Of a stretch of DNA of 64,000 nucleotides, positions 1 through 13,710 are shown one piece after another. The stretch is taken from assembly GCF_009914755.1 (NCBI RefSeq), contig NC_060935.1; one strand, written 5' to 3'. The stretch's first letter is position 1; each line of letters opens with the position of its first letter. The position numbers and the translations under genes are program-made. The notes under the pieces are model-generated. The model saw nothing but the letters and a program-made list of their open reading frames with translations, was not told the DNA's origin and ran no database searches. The stretch is from the human T2T-CHM13v2.0 reference genome, Homo sapiens.

Positions 1-1329
1 CATTCTGAGAAGAACATCCTGCCGATCCCATCCCTGAGATGTCCATTTGGGGTGGGGGCAGGGCAGAGAGGTATTGCCGGTGGGGCTCACTGGGGCTTTG
101 GGGCTGGGGACTTTGGAGGCTCCTTCAATCAGGGAGTTGAGGCTGGGAGGCCTATGGTGAGCACCGGCCACCCCAGCAGAGGGAGCAGATGTCTCAGCCT
201 CTCCCTGTTCCCTGGCAAACCTCATCTTTTATAAATAGTTGTACTTGCTGGGAGCCAGAGAGAGTTGAGGTTTCAGCATCTCTGACAGCCCGGCAGAGCC
301 AGGCCCGTCTGCCTGGAGCTACGCGTGCTCACATAACACCCCCTCCCCAGCCCGCAGCCCAACCGCCACAAGGGTGTCATTGCACCCAGGACGCACGGCG
401 TCTTGGCATGTGCTGGCTCCACGTGGCTGGTGGGTTGTGTGGGCTCTTGGGCAAAGGAACCAAGTAATCAGAAAGCACTTTAGAACAGACGGATTCTGGA
501 GGTAGTGAGCTCCTCATCCCTGGAAGGGTTCCAGGGGAGCTGGAGGTCTATGTAACAGATATGCAATAAACGAGCTTTGGACTCTGACGGATGGTGAGGG
601 AAGAGGGAAAAGGCTGGGCCACATGATCCCAAAGGGTCCCACTGTACATCTAGGGTGGCATAGGTGGGGACTGTCAGGGCCATTGGTGGCTTAGCAAGAC
701 TGTGACCTCCTTCCCAAGCTTTAAGATGCCCAGGAAGCTCACCTGTGTGGGTTCCTGAAACCCTCTGCTTCATGCGTGAGCCCAGCAATTTCTCTGGATT
801 CAAGAATGCCAGGAGAGATTCTGTCCAGCATGTGGGATGCATTACTCATTAACTGCTCGTCACTGAGCATTTGTGCAGCTCCTTCAAAATACACCAGTGA
901 GGCTGCCAGCTCCCCAGGGTTTCTGAGAAGCCCAGATGCTGGAGCAATATTCCCCAGCTCCTCTGATCTATGGGGAACCCTTGTTAGAGTAGGGAACCTG
1001 TGAGCCTCCTCAACTTTGGAAACTCTCCACTTTCTAAAGCTGAAAACTTAGGAAATCCTTGACCTTTGGGATCGGAGGTGAGTGTTCCCAATCTTAAGCC
1101 ATAAGGACAGGGACCAACTCTGTCTTATTCACTGCTCCTCTTGTCCATGGTGGCATTTAAATAACTGTGAACCAAATGGATGAATGACTGAGTGAACAAA
1201 TTACGTAAAAGTCACCGCATCACCTCCTTGCAGGAAGGCTGAGTCACTTGTGAAGTGTGCCCTCTGTCCTCTCTCTGAGGAGGTAGGGGACAAACATGAT
1301 GCTCTAGAAAGGATATCACCTCTGGGGTC

Positions 1330-1518
1330 AGACTAACTGGGTCCCAGTCCTGGCTCTGCCTCTTATTGGGTGCATAACCCTGGGTGAGATCCTCAACCAC
1401 TCTGCTTCATTAGCTGCAAAACAGAGATAATAATCCCTACCCCATAAAGATGCCATGAGAACATCTGAGATAACATTTTTAAATTGCCGAGCATCTAGTC
1501 AGCACTCCATAAATGATG
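1330..1518 (+). mobile_element. MIR SINE remnant
   Basis: ctgggtcccagtcctggctctgcc...ctgcaaaacagagataataatccctacc resembles the MIR core; boundaries approximate. Confidence 0.7.
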
Positions 1519-1520
1519 CT

Positions 1521-2421
1521 GGTGGTAGTCATTAGTGCCATTCTCCAAATGTTTGCAGTTCTCTTTCCAAGCACATGGTAGAATCCTACTTCCCCACCTT
1601 CTTGAAACTGGACATGGCCGTGATTTGCTTTGGCCAAATCAATGAGACCAGAAGTGATGTGCCTCTCCTTAATGGAGGCTTTAAGAGGTCATGTGTAATT
1701 CTCCACATTCTCTTCTTCCTGCTTCAGCAATCATAGCAGCAATAAGGTGGAATCATGACCAGCCTGGGTCCTGGAACGAGGAAGACGTGGGGCAGATCTA
1801 TCCAGTGGCCCTGGATGGCAAGGCACGAGGTAGGTTGTAAAGATGGCCGCAATTATTCCTCCCCTCCCTGTGTGCCTTCCCCTCTGCCAGATGGCTTTGC
1901 TATTCCTCCCATCCAGAGATGAAGTCCATTCCTACCAACCTTGAACCTGCTCAGCCATGTGATTTGCTTGGGCCAATGGCATATTTTTAAATATGATACA
2001 AGCAGAGGCTTGTGAAGTGCTTGCATATTGGAGCTCACCCTGTTTCATGGCTGGGAAGGAACTCTTCTGCCACTATGTGAAAAAGCCTCAGCTAGCCTCC
2101 TGGAGGAAGACCACATGGAGTGAGGCAAGGCCCCAAATGTCCTACCTGAAATCCCAGACATGTGAGTGAGGCCACCCTAAACCATCTAGCCCCATCTAAA
2201 CTGGCACAGACCAAAATAACCACCCAGTCAACCCACAGAATCAGAAAAAAATATTAAATGTTTTTTGTTTTGAGCCACTAAGTTTCAAATGGTTTGCTAC
2301 TTGGCAAAGACTAACTGACAGCATATAATATGAATGGGAAATAAACCTCAGAGTATTAAGCCACTGATCTTTGGGAATGTTTATTACTGCAGTATAGCCT
2401 TGCCCATTATTCTGATTAATA
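1521..2421 (+). mobile_element. MaLR LTR, MLT1I-like, split by a nested MLT1H-like LTR
   Basis: Starts ggtggtagtcattagtgcc...gcacatggtagaat; resumes after 2320 with aataaacctc...taagccactga...gtttattactgcagtatagcc, the MLT1 3' end. Confidence 0.7.
1826..2320 (+). mobile_element. MaLR LTR, MLT1H-like (nested)
   Basis: gtaggttgtaaagatggccgc start; ccagacatgtgagtgaggcc middle; ttgttttgagccactaagttt...ctaactgaca end. Confidence 0.75.
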
Positions 2422-2871
2422 TGGTATTTCCTTCCCATTTCCCTGTGGGAGAGGAAGTACATTCCACTTAGGTTTCGAGTTTTATCCTCTACGGTTCTCT
2501 TCCTGTTCACCATTGCCTTCCACTCAGCCACTCTCCTGCCTCATGGTCCAGGTAGGATCTCCTGTTATCCCCCACACCCCAAGGATGGGTTATTAACTAG
2601 GCACATCATGGAGACTTCTGCTCACCCCCCACTTCTGGGCCAAACTCTCCAGGGCTGTGTGGGCCTTAGAGACAACCTGTAAGAGGTTCCCATATTGTGA
2701 CTCAGTGTTTGCTCTGGACCCTGAGGTGAGACCAGCTGGCCTCAGCCCACATTCCGCATTCCCCACCCCACTTCACTCTCTTGCATACTCTCTGGCTGCA
2801 TGGCGTGGCAGAAAAAGGCACCGGCTTCAGCATCAGATGCACCTAGATTCAAATCCCAGTTCTGCTGTTTA

Positions 2872-3145
<274 letters not shown>

Positions 3146-3349
3146 ACATATGTATATATGTCCCAGCTCTGTGACCTCTTATCCATGAGACCCTGGGAAA
3201 ATTCTTTAACCACAGTGTCTCAGTTTCCTCCTTTGTGACTTGGGGATAAAAGCTCTCTGTTCACAAAGGTGCAAGAATGATAAATATAGTGTCTAGCACA
3301 ACACCTGAAACACGGTAAGACACTAAAGAAATGGTAACTGGGCATCATT

Positions 3350-3545
3350 TAGAGTCAGAGTGTCTAGTTCTCAAGTTCCAGCTCTGCCACTGACTGGCAA
3401 TGTGTTCCTGGGCAAGTCACTTGGCTTCCCTGAACCTTGGTTTCCTTCTCTGTAAAATGGGTGTTTAATTGTCTCTTTGACAGGTGAGGTAAGGATTTTA
3501 AAAGGAACTATATATAAAGTAGGTGGCATGTAGTAAGTTCTAAAG
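3350..3545 (+). mobile_element. MIR SINE
   Basis: ccagctctgccact...ctgggcaagtcactt...tttccttctctgtaaaatggg. Confidence 0.8.
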
Positions 3546-4372
3546 AGGTGGCAGTTCTTTCTCCACCCTCTAGCTTGAAAATTCTTCTGATGGCAAAGGT
3601 GGTTTCACCTCTATGCCCTTCCTCCCCTGCCACACATATACACAGCACCTGCACACATGCACACAATCAGAACTCAGTCAGAGTGGGCTTGTTGTGGGGG
3701 ACAAACAGATCCCAGTCTCCTCAGATCCCTCCGGTCCAGGAATAGTTTCTGTGTCCGCTCACCCCAGAAGGAAATAGCCTGGTTCTATCATGCATCATAT
3801 AAACAGGAAGAACCAACAGTGCTGAGGTGGTCAGGAGACCCCTGTGAGCATCTCATCCACCATCATCCTCATCCTCCCCCACCTTGCCTCACCCTCTCCC
3901 ACAAGCATGCTCCAAGACTGCTCGAGAGCAGTTTCCATGGCGATAGCATTTTAAAGTTTTCTAGGAGCAGAACAGGAATAATTTTCCACCTTCTCCTCCT
4001 CCGTGGCAATCCGGGGAAAGGGAGCTTATTACAGATAAAGGGTGGGGTGAGGGGCAAGGAGGAGAGAAGCAGCTCTTTCTTTCTTTCATCGCGTGACTGA
4101 AGAAGGTCACACTAAAATTCCCCACACCCAGCTCCCTCTCCAGACCCCAATTTCTCCCGCGGTCTTCACCTACCTCTGCTTGGATGAAGAGATGGGATGG
4201 GTATGAGTAAAAGAAAAAAGAGAGGAAAGAGAAAAGAAAGAGAGAAAAAGTGGGCCAATGTGTGCCCAATCACATGCATGCACCACTCATAAACACAGTG
4301 GCTGCAGGAAATTTCCACTGATCTCTTCTTGGGAAGTGATGATCATTAACGGAGGAGAAAAGCTGAGTATTA

Positions 4373-4888
<516 letters not shown>

Positions 4889-5756
4889 TCACTCTAATTC
4901 CTGCTTGCCTTCACAGCCTCCTTCCTCTCAGCCCCCAGCTACATTCCTTTATGCCTATTCTCCAACCTTTGAAGGGTTTTTGTCCCAGATTGTGGGCCTC
5001 TATCCAGTTTACATAGAATTCCTTGCCAACATCCCTGAGGCAGACACCATCCAGGAGAAGTGTAAGGTGAAAATAGACTGTGAATGGCCTGCCTCCCTTC
5101 CCTTCTTGGCATGGCTGTGAAGAAGGCACCTGCCCCAGGCCAGGTGTGCCAGAACCCCCAACAGGTGCAAGGAAGCAGGCTGAGGAATGGGATGGGAGCA
5201 CAGACTCAGATGGACCCAGTAAGATTTCTTCCAGGGCTAAGCTTGGCCAAATAAGTCACATGGGGATCATGCAGAAGATGTCAGGATAAGACGCTGGAAG
5301 AAACAGATTCCAGTCCTGATTCTCCCACTCACTAGCTGGGTGGCCTTAAGAAAACCACTTAGCCTCTCTTTGAATCTCCTCTGTCTTACCTTATTTTCCA
5401 TCCTATCTGTCTTGTTCGAAAAGGTTATTTTGAAAATTCAAAGTGAGAGCACTTCGAAAGTTAGCAAGTACTACACACTTGTAAGATACCTCTTTCTATG
5501 ACTTTGGCAGAGTCAGTGACAAAGATAAGCTTAAAACCTGGTCTCAAATGTTGATCTAGAAATGCAGAATCCATGGACAATGAAGTAAGTGATGAGGTAC
5601 TCTAGTGCCACAGGGAACTGTTATGTGGCCTTGAACAAGTCACTTGTCCTCTGGGGGCTTTGTCTTCCTCTGCCAAAAGAGGTTCTTAAGGGCCTTTTAG
5701 GGCGGGAACCCAAGCCAGACGCGAGGCCAAGTCAAGCTAGAGAGTGTGGACCTGGG

Positions 5757-5777
5757 GTCAGCACCAGGGACAGTTCC
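5757..5777 (+). promoter_or_regulatory. RE1/NRSE (REST-binding) motif
   Basis: GTCAGCACCAGGGACAGTTCC vs consensus TTCAGCACCACGGACAGCGCC; both half-sites exact with canonical 2-bp spacer. Confidence 0.75.
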
Positions 5778-7154
5778 CATGAGCCTGGGAGACCAACGTT
5801 GATCTGAGTTAGCAGAGACCTGGGTTCAAGTTCTGACCTTGCCTCAAACTTACAGTATTATTTCTAGATGGTGTCTTCTCACTGTTCAGAAGGCCAAGGA
5901 AAGGTTGAGTTCTCATTATAAAAGTTCAAAACCCTTCTAGGGAGGCAGTGTGGTGCAGTGGTCAGGAGCACATCCTACTCACAAAGAAGGTGCTGGAGCC
6001 CATGCATACCTGGTGGGTTGCTCCTCCTTCCCCAGTCCTGCCCTAGGAAACAGTGTAGTGGAACTTCCGGGGAGCTGTTTGGGTAGAAAAGCCCAGTGAA
6101 TTCTCCTTCCTCATGTATAGACCCCTGGATTTCCTATGCCTTCTAGAATTACATCCCTCTATTCATTGAGCCAGACACCTTTCAATAAACCCTCTAATCT
6201 AGTTCCCATGATAACCCCTAGCTTAGGCATAATTATTCTTACCTTTCAAATAAGAAGCTGAGCCTGAGAGAGGGGCACCAATGGGCCTATTGTCCTTTCC
6301 ATTTCACAGTGCTCACTCATGAATGAGACAGCTCCAGCCCTACCCTGCCAGAAGGCACTAAGACCTTGGGCAAGTCACTTCCCCCTCTGGGTTGGACCAG
6401 AGCTCCAAGCTCCAAGCATCTTCACTTCCATCCTACAGAGGGGTCTGGGATCTTGACCTAGGAGCACAAGATGTGGAGCCAATAACCTCTCAGAGCTCAC
6501 GTCTACCACAGGCTCAGATCTCTAAGGTGCCAATAAGCAGATACCCCTGCTCAGAGCTTGCTCTGAGTCAGTTCTCCCTTGGAGAGTCCTGGAAAATATG
6601 GCTCTGCTGCTTTGGCAGGAATCTTTCTTTTTTTAATAAAAAAATTATTTTGACAAAGCGTTCTTATAAGAAATGAATGTCAGCCTGACTCTGTAGAGAA
6701 GCGTCAGTGTGGAATTGATGTAAGACATGGTGTTTAATTATAGCAACACCCTTTAGCTCTGTCACCAGCCCCGCACCACCCTCCCTCCTCTCATGGTCCG
6801 GGGTAGGGAGAGGTCTGTGTGTCCTATAGCTGTTTCTCAGGGATCCAGACCAGCCTTTGACCATCAGGATGAACTGGGTCTTGACTTCCCCATGAATTTC
6901 CAAGGCCAAGGTCTCACAGCCCCAGTAGAATATAGCATTCACAAATGTCAGAGACAGAAAGCAGCTCAGATATCACCATATCTAACCCAACCATTTATAG
7001 AGAGGAAAACCTAGAAACTCTCTAATTATAATGTATATGCCAGGCTTCTTCTGCCTTATTACATGACCAATGCTGCAGAGAAGGGGCAAGAGTGACAGTC
7101 ACCTTGCCCAGGCAAAGTAGAAAGACCCAGAGACACAGATTGGGAGAGCAAGAA

Positions 7155-7340
7155 CAAGGAAGAAGCTGATATGCACTAGGCACCTATTATGTGCCAGGCA
7201 CTGGGCTCAACACTTCTATAAATTATATCATTTGGGTATCATCCCCATTTTACAGGTGTAAAAACTGAGGCTTACAAGAGATTAAGTAACTTACCCAGGG
7301 TCACACCACCAAGATATGGATTCAGGTGTGCCAGGCCGCA
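7155..7340 (-). mobile_element. MIR SINE
   Basis: cacctattatgtgccaggcactgggc...ccccattttacaggtgtaaaaactgaggct...ggtcacac. Confidence 0.8.
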
Positions 7341-8172
7341 AAGGTTGGGCTTTTCCTGTTGAGGGGAGCTACAGTGAGCTCCCCTCTTAAGCAGCAGAGA
7401 TCTGGAGTCAAATCCACTGTGTTTCCTACACTTCCTCACTTGTTTCCCAGAATCAAGTGCTTGGTTGCCCTTTATTATCAAATAAAAGGGGCATAACTGC
7501 TTTCTGGACATAATTTGCTTTCTATTGGCTTAGGAGTCTCAAGTCTCACCTTTCCCATAGGTGACATGTACACTTTCTGTCATTTTGGTTTCCTTATGAT
7601 CTACATAAATAAAATGATGCCAGCAATATCCTTACGGCAGATACACCCCAAAATGTTTCAGGACATATTGGCCAGTCATCAGAGGGAGATGAAACTATTA
7701 GGAGAGACTCAAAAGGACCAACATCTTCAACTCAGGGATGGAAGTAGCACTGGAGGGCTTGCTCCCACTGCCCCTCTTTCTAAAGCGCCTGCCACTCATC
7801 CTGGCTGTTGTGGTGATAAGGAATTAAGAAACACTGCAGTGGGAGAAGGGTTTTTTGACTTACAGAAGCCTCAGCCATAACTTTAGAGATGCTTAGGAAA
7901 TTCCTCTGCCTTCAATTTGCAACACCTCTGGCCTGATCCCAAGATGCCGGCAGCATCTTTGTGTCAATCAAATTTCTACAGATTTCATGTGCTGAACCTG
8001 GCTCTGTCTATACTTCATTGCTCTGGGATCTCAAAGAATTGGCTACAAAAGTGGGGAGCAGCAGGTGGTCATTACACCTTCCATTATGCTTGATGTTGTG
8101 TGAGGGCCACCTCACTTCTAGCTAAAGCATCCCCTGCCAGGCATACAGAAATTCCAAAGGGGAAATGGCTCC

Positions 8173-8515
8173 TTTTACAAACTGAATTCTGTCCCCCAAA
8201 ATTCGTATGTTGAAATCTCAATGCCCAGTAACTCAGAATGTGACTGTATTTGGAGATAGGGCGTTTAAAGTAGTAATTAAGGCAACATGAGGTCATTCGG
8301 GTCAGCCCTAATCCCATATGACTGCTATCCTCATAAGAAGAGGAAATTTAGACACAGACCTATAAAAGGAAGTCCATGTGGGGACACAGGGAGAAGACAG
8401 ACATCTACAAGCCAAGGAGAGAGACCTCAGAAGAAACTAATCCAGCCAACACCTTGATCTTGGACTGTTGTATAAGCCACCCAGTCTGTGGGATTTCATT
8501 ATGGCAGCTTCAGCG
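8173..8515 (+). mobile_element. MaLR LTR, MLT1A/B-like
   Basis: ctgaattctgtcccccaaaattcgtatgttgaa...gaatgtgactgtatttggagataggg...aagccaaggagagagacctcagaagaaac...taagccacccagtctgtgg. Confidence 0.9.
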
Positions 8516-8640
8516 GATGGTAGCAGGTGTTCTCTCACTTTTCTTCTCTCCAATATATCCAGGATATATTGCTACCTCCTTCCTTCACTCCCACCCCTCC
8601 CCACCCTGGATAATTTACTGCCATTAAAAAGTGTATTATG

Positions 8641-8890
8641 GGCCCAGGCACAGTGGCTCACACATGTAATACTAGCACTTTGGGAGTTCAAGACCACCCT
8701 GGGCAACATAGCGAGACCCTGGCTCTACAAAAAATTAGCTGGGCATGGTGTCATGTGCCTGTAGTCCTGCCTCAAGAGGATGAGGTGGGAGGATCGCATG
8801 AGCCAGGAGGCTGAGGCTTCATTGAGCTGTGATCACACCACTGCACTCCAGCCTGCGTGACAGAGGAAGACCCTGTCTCAAAAAAAAAAA
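8641..8890 (+). mobile_element. AluJ-like with a left-arm internal deletion
   Basis: Alu dimer in which ctttgggag joins directly to ttcaagacc; degenerate TSD aaaagtgtattatggg / aaaggtgcattatggg. Confidence 0.93.
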
Positions 8891-9453
8891 GGTGCATTAT
8901 GGGATGGAGAGGTTGGGGTGGGCCTTTTAATATATTTAGAGCTGAGGTGAGAAAGACTGAGGGCAGGAAGAGCCTTTCTTTTCCTCCAAGCAGCCCAACT
9001 CTCCAATGCCAAAGCTATTTTGAGATTACAAGAAGCTAAGTTTATAAGCCATGTCCACCTAGTCAGTTTTCTGGGACCCAGAATGCATCTTCCACAGAAA
9101 CAATATTTGTAAAAGAAACTGGTTCCCAGGCTAGCCCACAAAAGCCTGTTTAGTCCATCACAGAGCTCTGATACCCATTCTCTCTCTCTCTCACTCTGCC
9201 CTGCAGACTAGTAGAGTGATATTGCCTCAAACCTAATCTTTAAACTCTACAGAAAAACAATCATGTCCACCATGAAGTGAGTGGGGGATGTCATTCAGGC
9301 TGGATGGCCATGCCTAGAGGAAAGTAGAAGGTGCTTGAGGAGGTCGAGGAGCCCCTGGGGCCTGGGGCAGCGGTACTAAAGGAGACTTCTGGAATTTCTC
9401 AAGGGCTTTTGAGGCTGAGCACTCTCGATCCTTATTAATCTCCTTTTACTTCA

Positions 9454-9786
<333 letters not shown>

Positions 9787-10170
9787 TCATGACCAGGAGA
9801 GAGGGACTGGCTGATGGATTGAGACTTGGTGTGCAAACTCAGCCTTTCCTCAACATCCTGGCCAGGGCCCAATGCACAGGGAAGGGCTCAAAAATCACAG
9901 GTTCTGAAGGCTTGAATCCTGGTTTTACCACAGGCTGGTTGTTTGACTTTGAGCAGCATGACCTCTGTGCCCTGGTTGCCTCCGCTGTGAAATGGAATCA
10001 TAGTAATCACCAGCTCACTGGGCTGTTGTGAAAATGCACTATCCATATAAAGCTCTTAGGAAACACCTCAGTGAGCATTAGCTGTGGTTGTTGTTAGTGC
10101 CTGCCCTTCACCAGCCCACTGCATGAGCCCTTTACCACCAGCCTAAACCCAAAGAACAGAAGTGGAAGGA

Positions 10171-10785
<615 letters not shown>

Positions 10786-11739
10786 TGCAGAAGAAGGAGA
10801 TGAAGAGGATAGAGAGAGTTCAGCGGGAAGAAAAACATGTTGGCCAGGGTAGATGCCTCTACCTGTCGGAAAGGACCACTGAGTACCTGTACTGCTTGTC
10901 CCCGTGACATGGATCAGGCCACTGTCCCCATCTCCCCACATTGGTCAAGATCAGGCTTCCTCTCCTGACCTTGAAATGTCTGTGGCCTTCCATTAAGAAG
11001 ATTTTAATGCCACAACCCATCACAGGCGTCCCTGGGACCTTCTCCCAGTGGGATGCAGGGTCAGGGGCATCCCTCTGTAGCTGGCATCTGAAGGAATTAG
11101 CCTGGAGTCTGGGAGGGGGGAGGGGCTTGGAGGAAGACAACTGTGAATTCTCTGAGAGGAACAGATCAGAGGAGCTGGAGCTGGTGTTTTCATTCCAATT
11201 AATTATCCTTTTAGCGCAGCTCAGACTGCTGGAGAGCAAGGAGGAGAGACTCATTTATGTTAAAATCAGCCGGGCCCTTCTGGCCAAGATTCTAGCCTGC
11301 ACGCAGATACAGCGTGCACCATGCAGGGGGCACGTGGTGAACCCACTGCCCAACCACCCCAAAGAGGTAGATCCCCCAGCTACCCAGTGGCCAAGGCCTG
11401 CTGAAGCCTGTCAGCTTCTCTGTAAGGCCTCTGCTCTGCACATGCTGATCAATTAGGTGCCGGTGACAGAGAATAGCGCCCAAGCTTAATGTGCTTTGCA
11501 AATATGGCTTCTTCATGGAAAGCCTGCTGGGGAAAGCTGGTGGCTCGTCCCCATTCACTGCTTCAAGGAGCCCAGGTACCTCCTGAGCCTGCCCTCCCTT
11601 GCCCACCAACATCCTGCTCTCCTCCTTCAAAGATGTGCTTCATTCCATATGCACTTCCTGAGCACCTGCCCTAGCCTTGCCCAGTGCCTGGTAATCAGGG
11701 AAGACTACCAGAAGGAGGTGGAAAGCCAAATCTTAGGGC

Positions 11740-11985
11740 CAGATAGGACCAGTGAGGAGGCTCCTACAATAATCTGGGTGGCTCGGACCAGTGGCTCCCC
11801 AACAGTGGAGGTGGGCAGAAGTGGTCCTATGCTGAGTATATGTAGAGACACAAGACTTCCTGATGGATTTGGATGTGACACATGGGAGGAAGAGCAGAGT
11901 CAAGGGCAGAGCTAAGGTGTTAGACCTGAGTGTCTAGAAGGATAGATTTGCCATACCTGAGATGGAGACAGCTGTGGGAGGGACA
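11740..11985 (-). mobile_element. L2 LINE fragment
   Basis: gaggctcctacaataatctgggtg...cttcctgatggatttggatgtg...gagtcaaggg...tttgccatacctgagatggag, typical antisense L2. Confidence 0.7.
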
Positions 11986-12299
11986 GCAAAGCCAGCTTCT
12001 CTGACTCCAAGTCTAGTGTTCCCTCTTCTTCCCTGTCTGGCATCTCCAAAGGGTCAGATGTGGGGTGGAGGTCAGTGGTCTTCAGTGCTCTTTCCTTCTG
12101 GACAGGCCCTCATTATCTCTCCAAGTCACTCGTCTGCAAGCCTGTCTTCATGATTCATCTATTGGAAGATGGTCTATCAACTAATTCATACTAAAGTGAA
12201 AATGGTTGATAAGTAGGGAACAGCCTTAGGAGGCCACTGAGTAGTAGGGGACAATCAATCATGGTAATAATAATACCTATAATAATAATAAAATAAAAA

Positions 12300-12545
12300 T
12301 ACCTAATCCCTATTTGGCACTTACACTTACTATGTGCCACTAACTTTTCTATAATAGGCACTATATGTGTGTATTATGTTATCTAATCCTACCTATAGCC
12401 CTGTGAGAAAAATGTTTATCTTTTTTTACAGATGAGGAAACTGAGGCACATACCCAGGATTACAGAGCTAGGATATGGCAGAGTCAGGATTTGAACCTAA
12501 GCAGTCTGGCTGAAGAGTCACGGTCTCAGCCACCACAATCTACTA
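12300..12545 (-). mobile_element. MIR SINE
   Basis: ttttacagatgaggaaactgaggcac...ggcagagtcaggatttgaacctaagcagtctggct. Confidence 0.85.
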
Positions 12546-12680
12546 TCGGTCTATGCGTCTTACCAATTCTCATAACAACCATGTGAGGACCGCGATTTAT
12601 CCCCACTTGTAAAGGAGAGAAAATTGAAGATCAGAGAGGGAAGGTGATCTGTGTGATCCAAGGTCACACAGCTCGTGCCT

Positions 12681-12859
12681 GGGGGCTCAGATAAAATAAA
12701 GGAGGCCCAGTTAAATTTACATTTCAGATCAACTGAATAATTCTTAGTGTAAGTGCATCCCACTCAATATTTGGGACATATTTCTACTTTAAAGTTATTT
12801 GTTCTTTATTGCAAATTTAACTAGGTATTCTGTTCTTATTCACTGAATCAGAGACCCCT
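12681..12859. mobile_element. MER53 palindromic DNA transposon (MITE)
   Basis: cagataaaataaaggaggcccagttaaatttacatttcagat...tcccactcaatatttggga...caaatttaactaggtattctg; internally palindromic as in MER53. Confidence 0.85.
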
Positions 12860-13479
12860 AGGCCTAAAGACCCCTAGGAACCAGTTTGGTCCAGGCCAAC
12901 TTTCTCAGGCTCTCAGGATAAACCTCTCTCCCCAAACCTCCAAGTCCCAAAAGACAAAGGAGCTGAGGTGTCCCCAGCCTGCTCTTCCCTGGTCCCCCTC
13001 AGCCTTGCCACCCCATGTCCCATCTCCTGCAGGTCCTCCTGATGCTGCGGCCATCACGAGGAAATCCCCGGATTAGGCTCCAATAGTGTTTCCCAGAGCC
13101 CTGACGTGAGGGGCTGGGCCCCGCTGAGCCAGGCAGCCATGTGGCCCAGAGCACCAGGCTTAAGAGCTTCCAGCCCACAGCTCCTAAGCAGGCCCATACA
13201 TCACAGGCAGCTGGAAATCGAAACTCATTTCTCAGTTTGATGCACTGGCAGGTTCATTCGCCTGATTCAGGCAAAGTTGCATTCCACGTTGGGTATTTAT
13301 CAACTACGTACCCACACTCAGACACACACCATGCTTTCCAAATTCATGCCACAGAGTAAAAAAGAGCCAAGTTCCCTGCAGCTGCCTGCAAGCACCTGCG
13401 GCATACAAGGCCTGTGCATACAGGGTATAGGCCACACAGACAGGTCTAACAATTACTGTTCTAACCAAAATAGTCATTG

Positions 13480-13710
13480 CTACCATCTTTTGAGTGGACA
13501 CTTGCTATATGCCTGATGAAGTTAAGAGTTTTCCAGGCATGAGCTCATTTAATCTACAGCCCAGACCATGAGATAAAGAATGTTATCCCAATTTTGCAGA
13601 TGAGAAAGCTGAGGCACAGAACGGTTAAATGGCACACTGAAGGTCACACAGCCAGGAAGTTGCTGTTGCGGGATTGAAGCCAAGCCCTTGATTCTAGGTT
13701 CAGTAGCTTT
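13480..13710 (-). mobile_element. MIR SINE
   Basis: ctcatttaatc...attttgcagatgagaaagctgaggcacaga...aaggtcacacagc. Confidence 0.8.
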
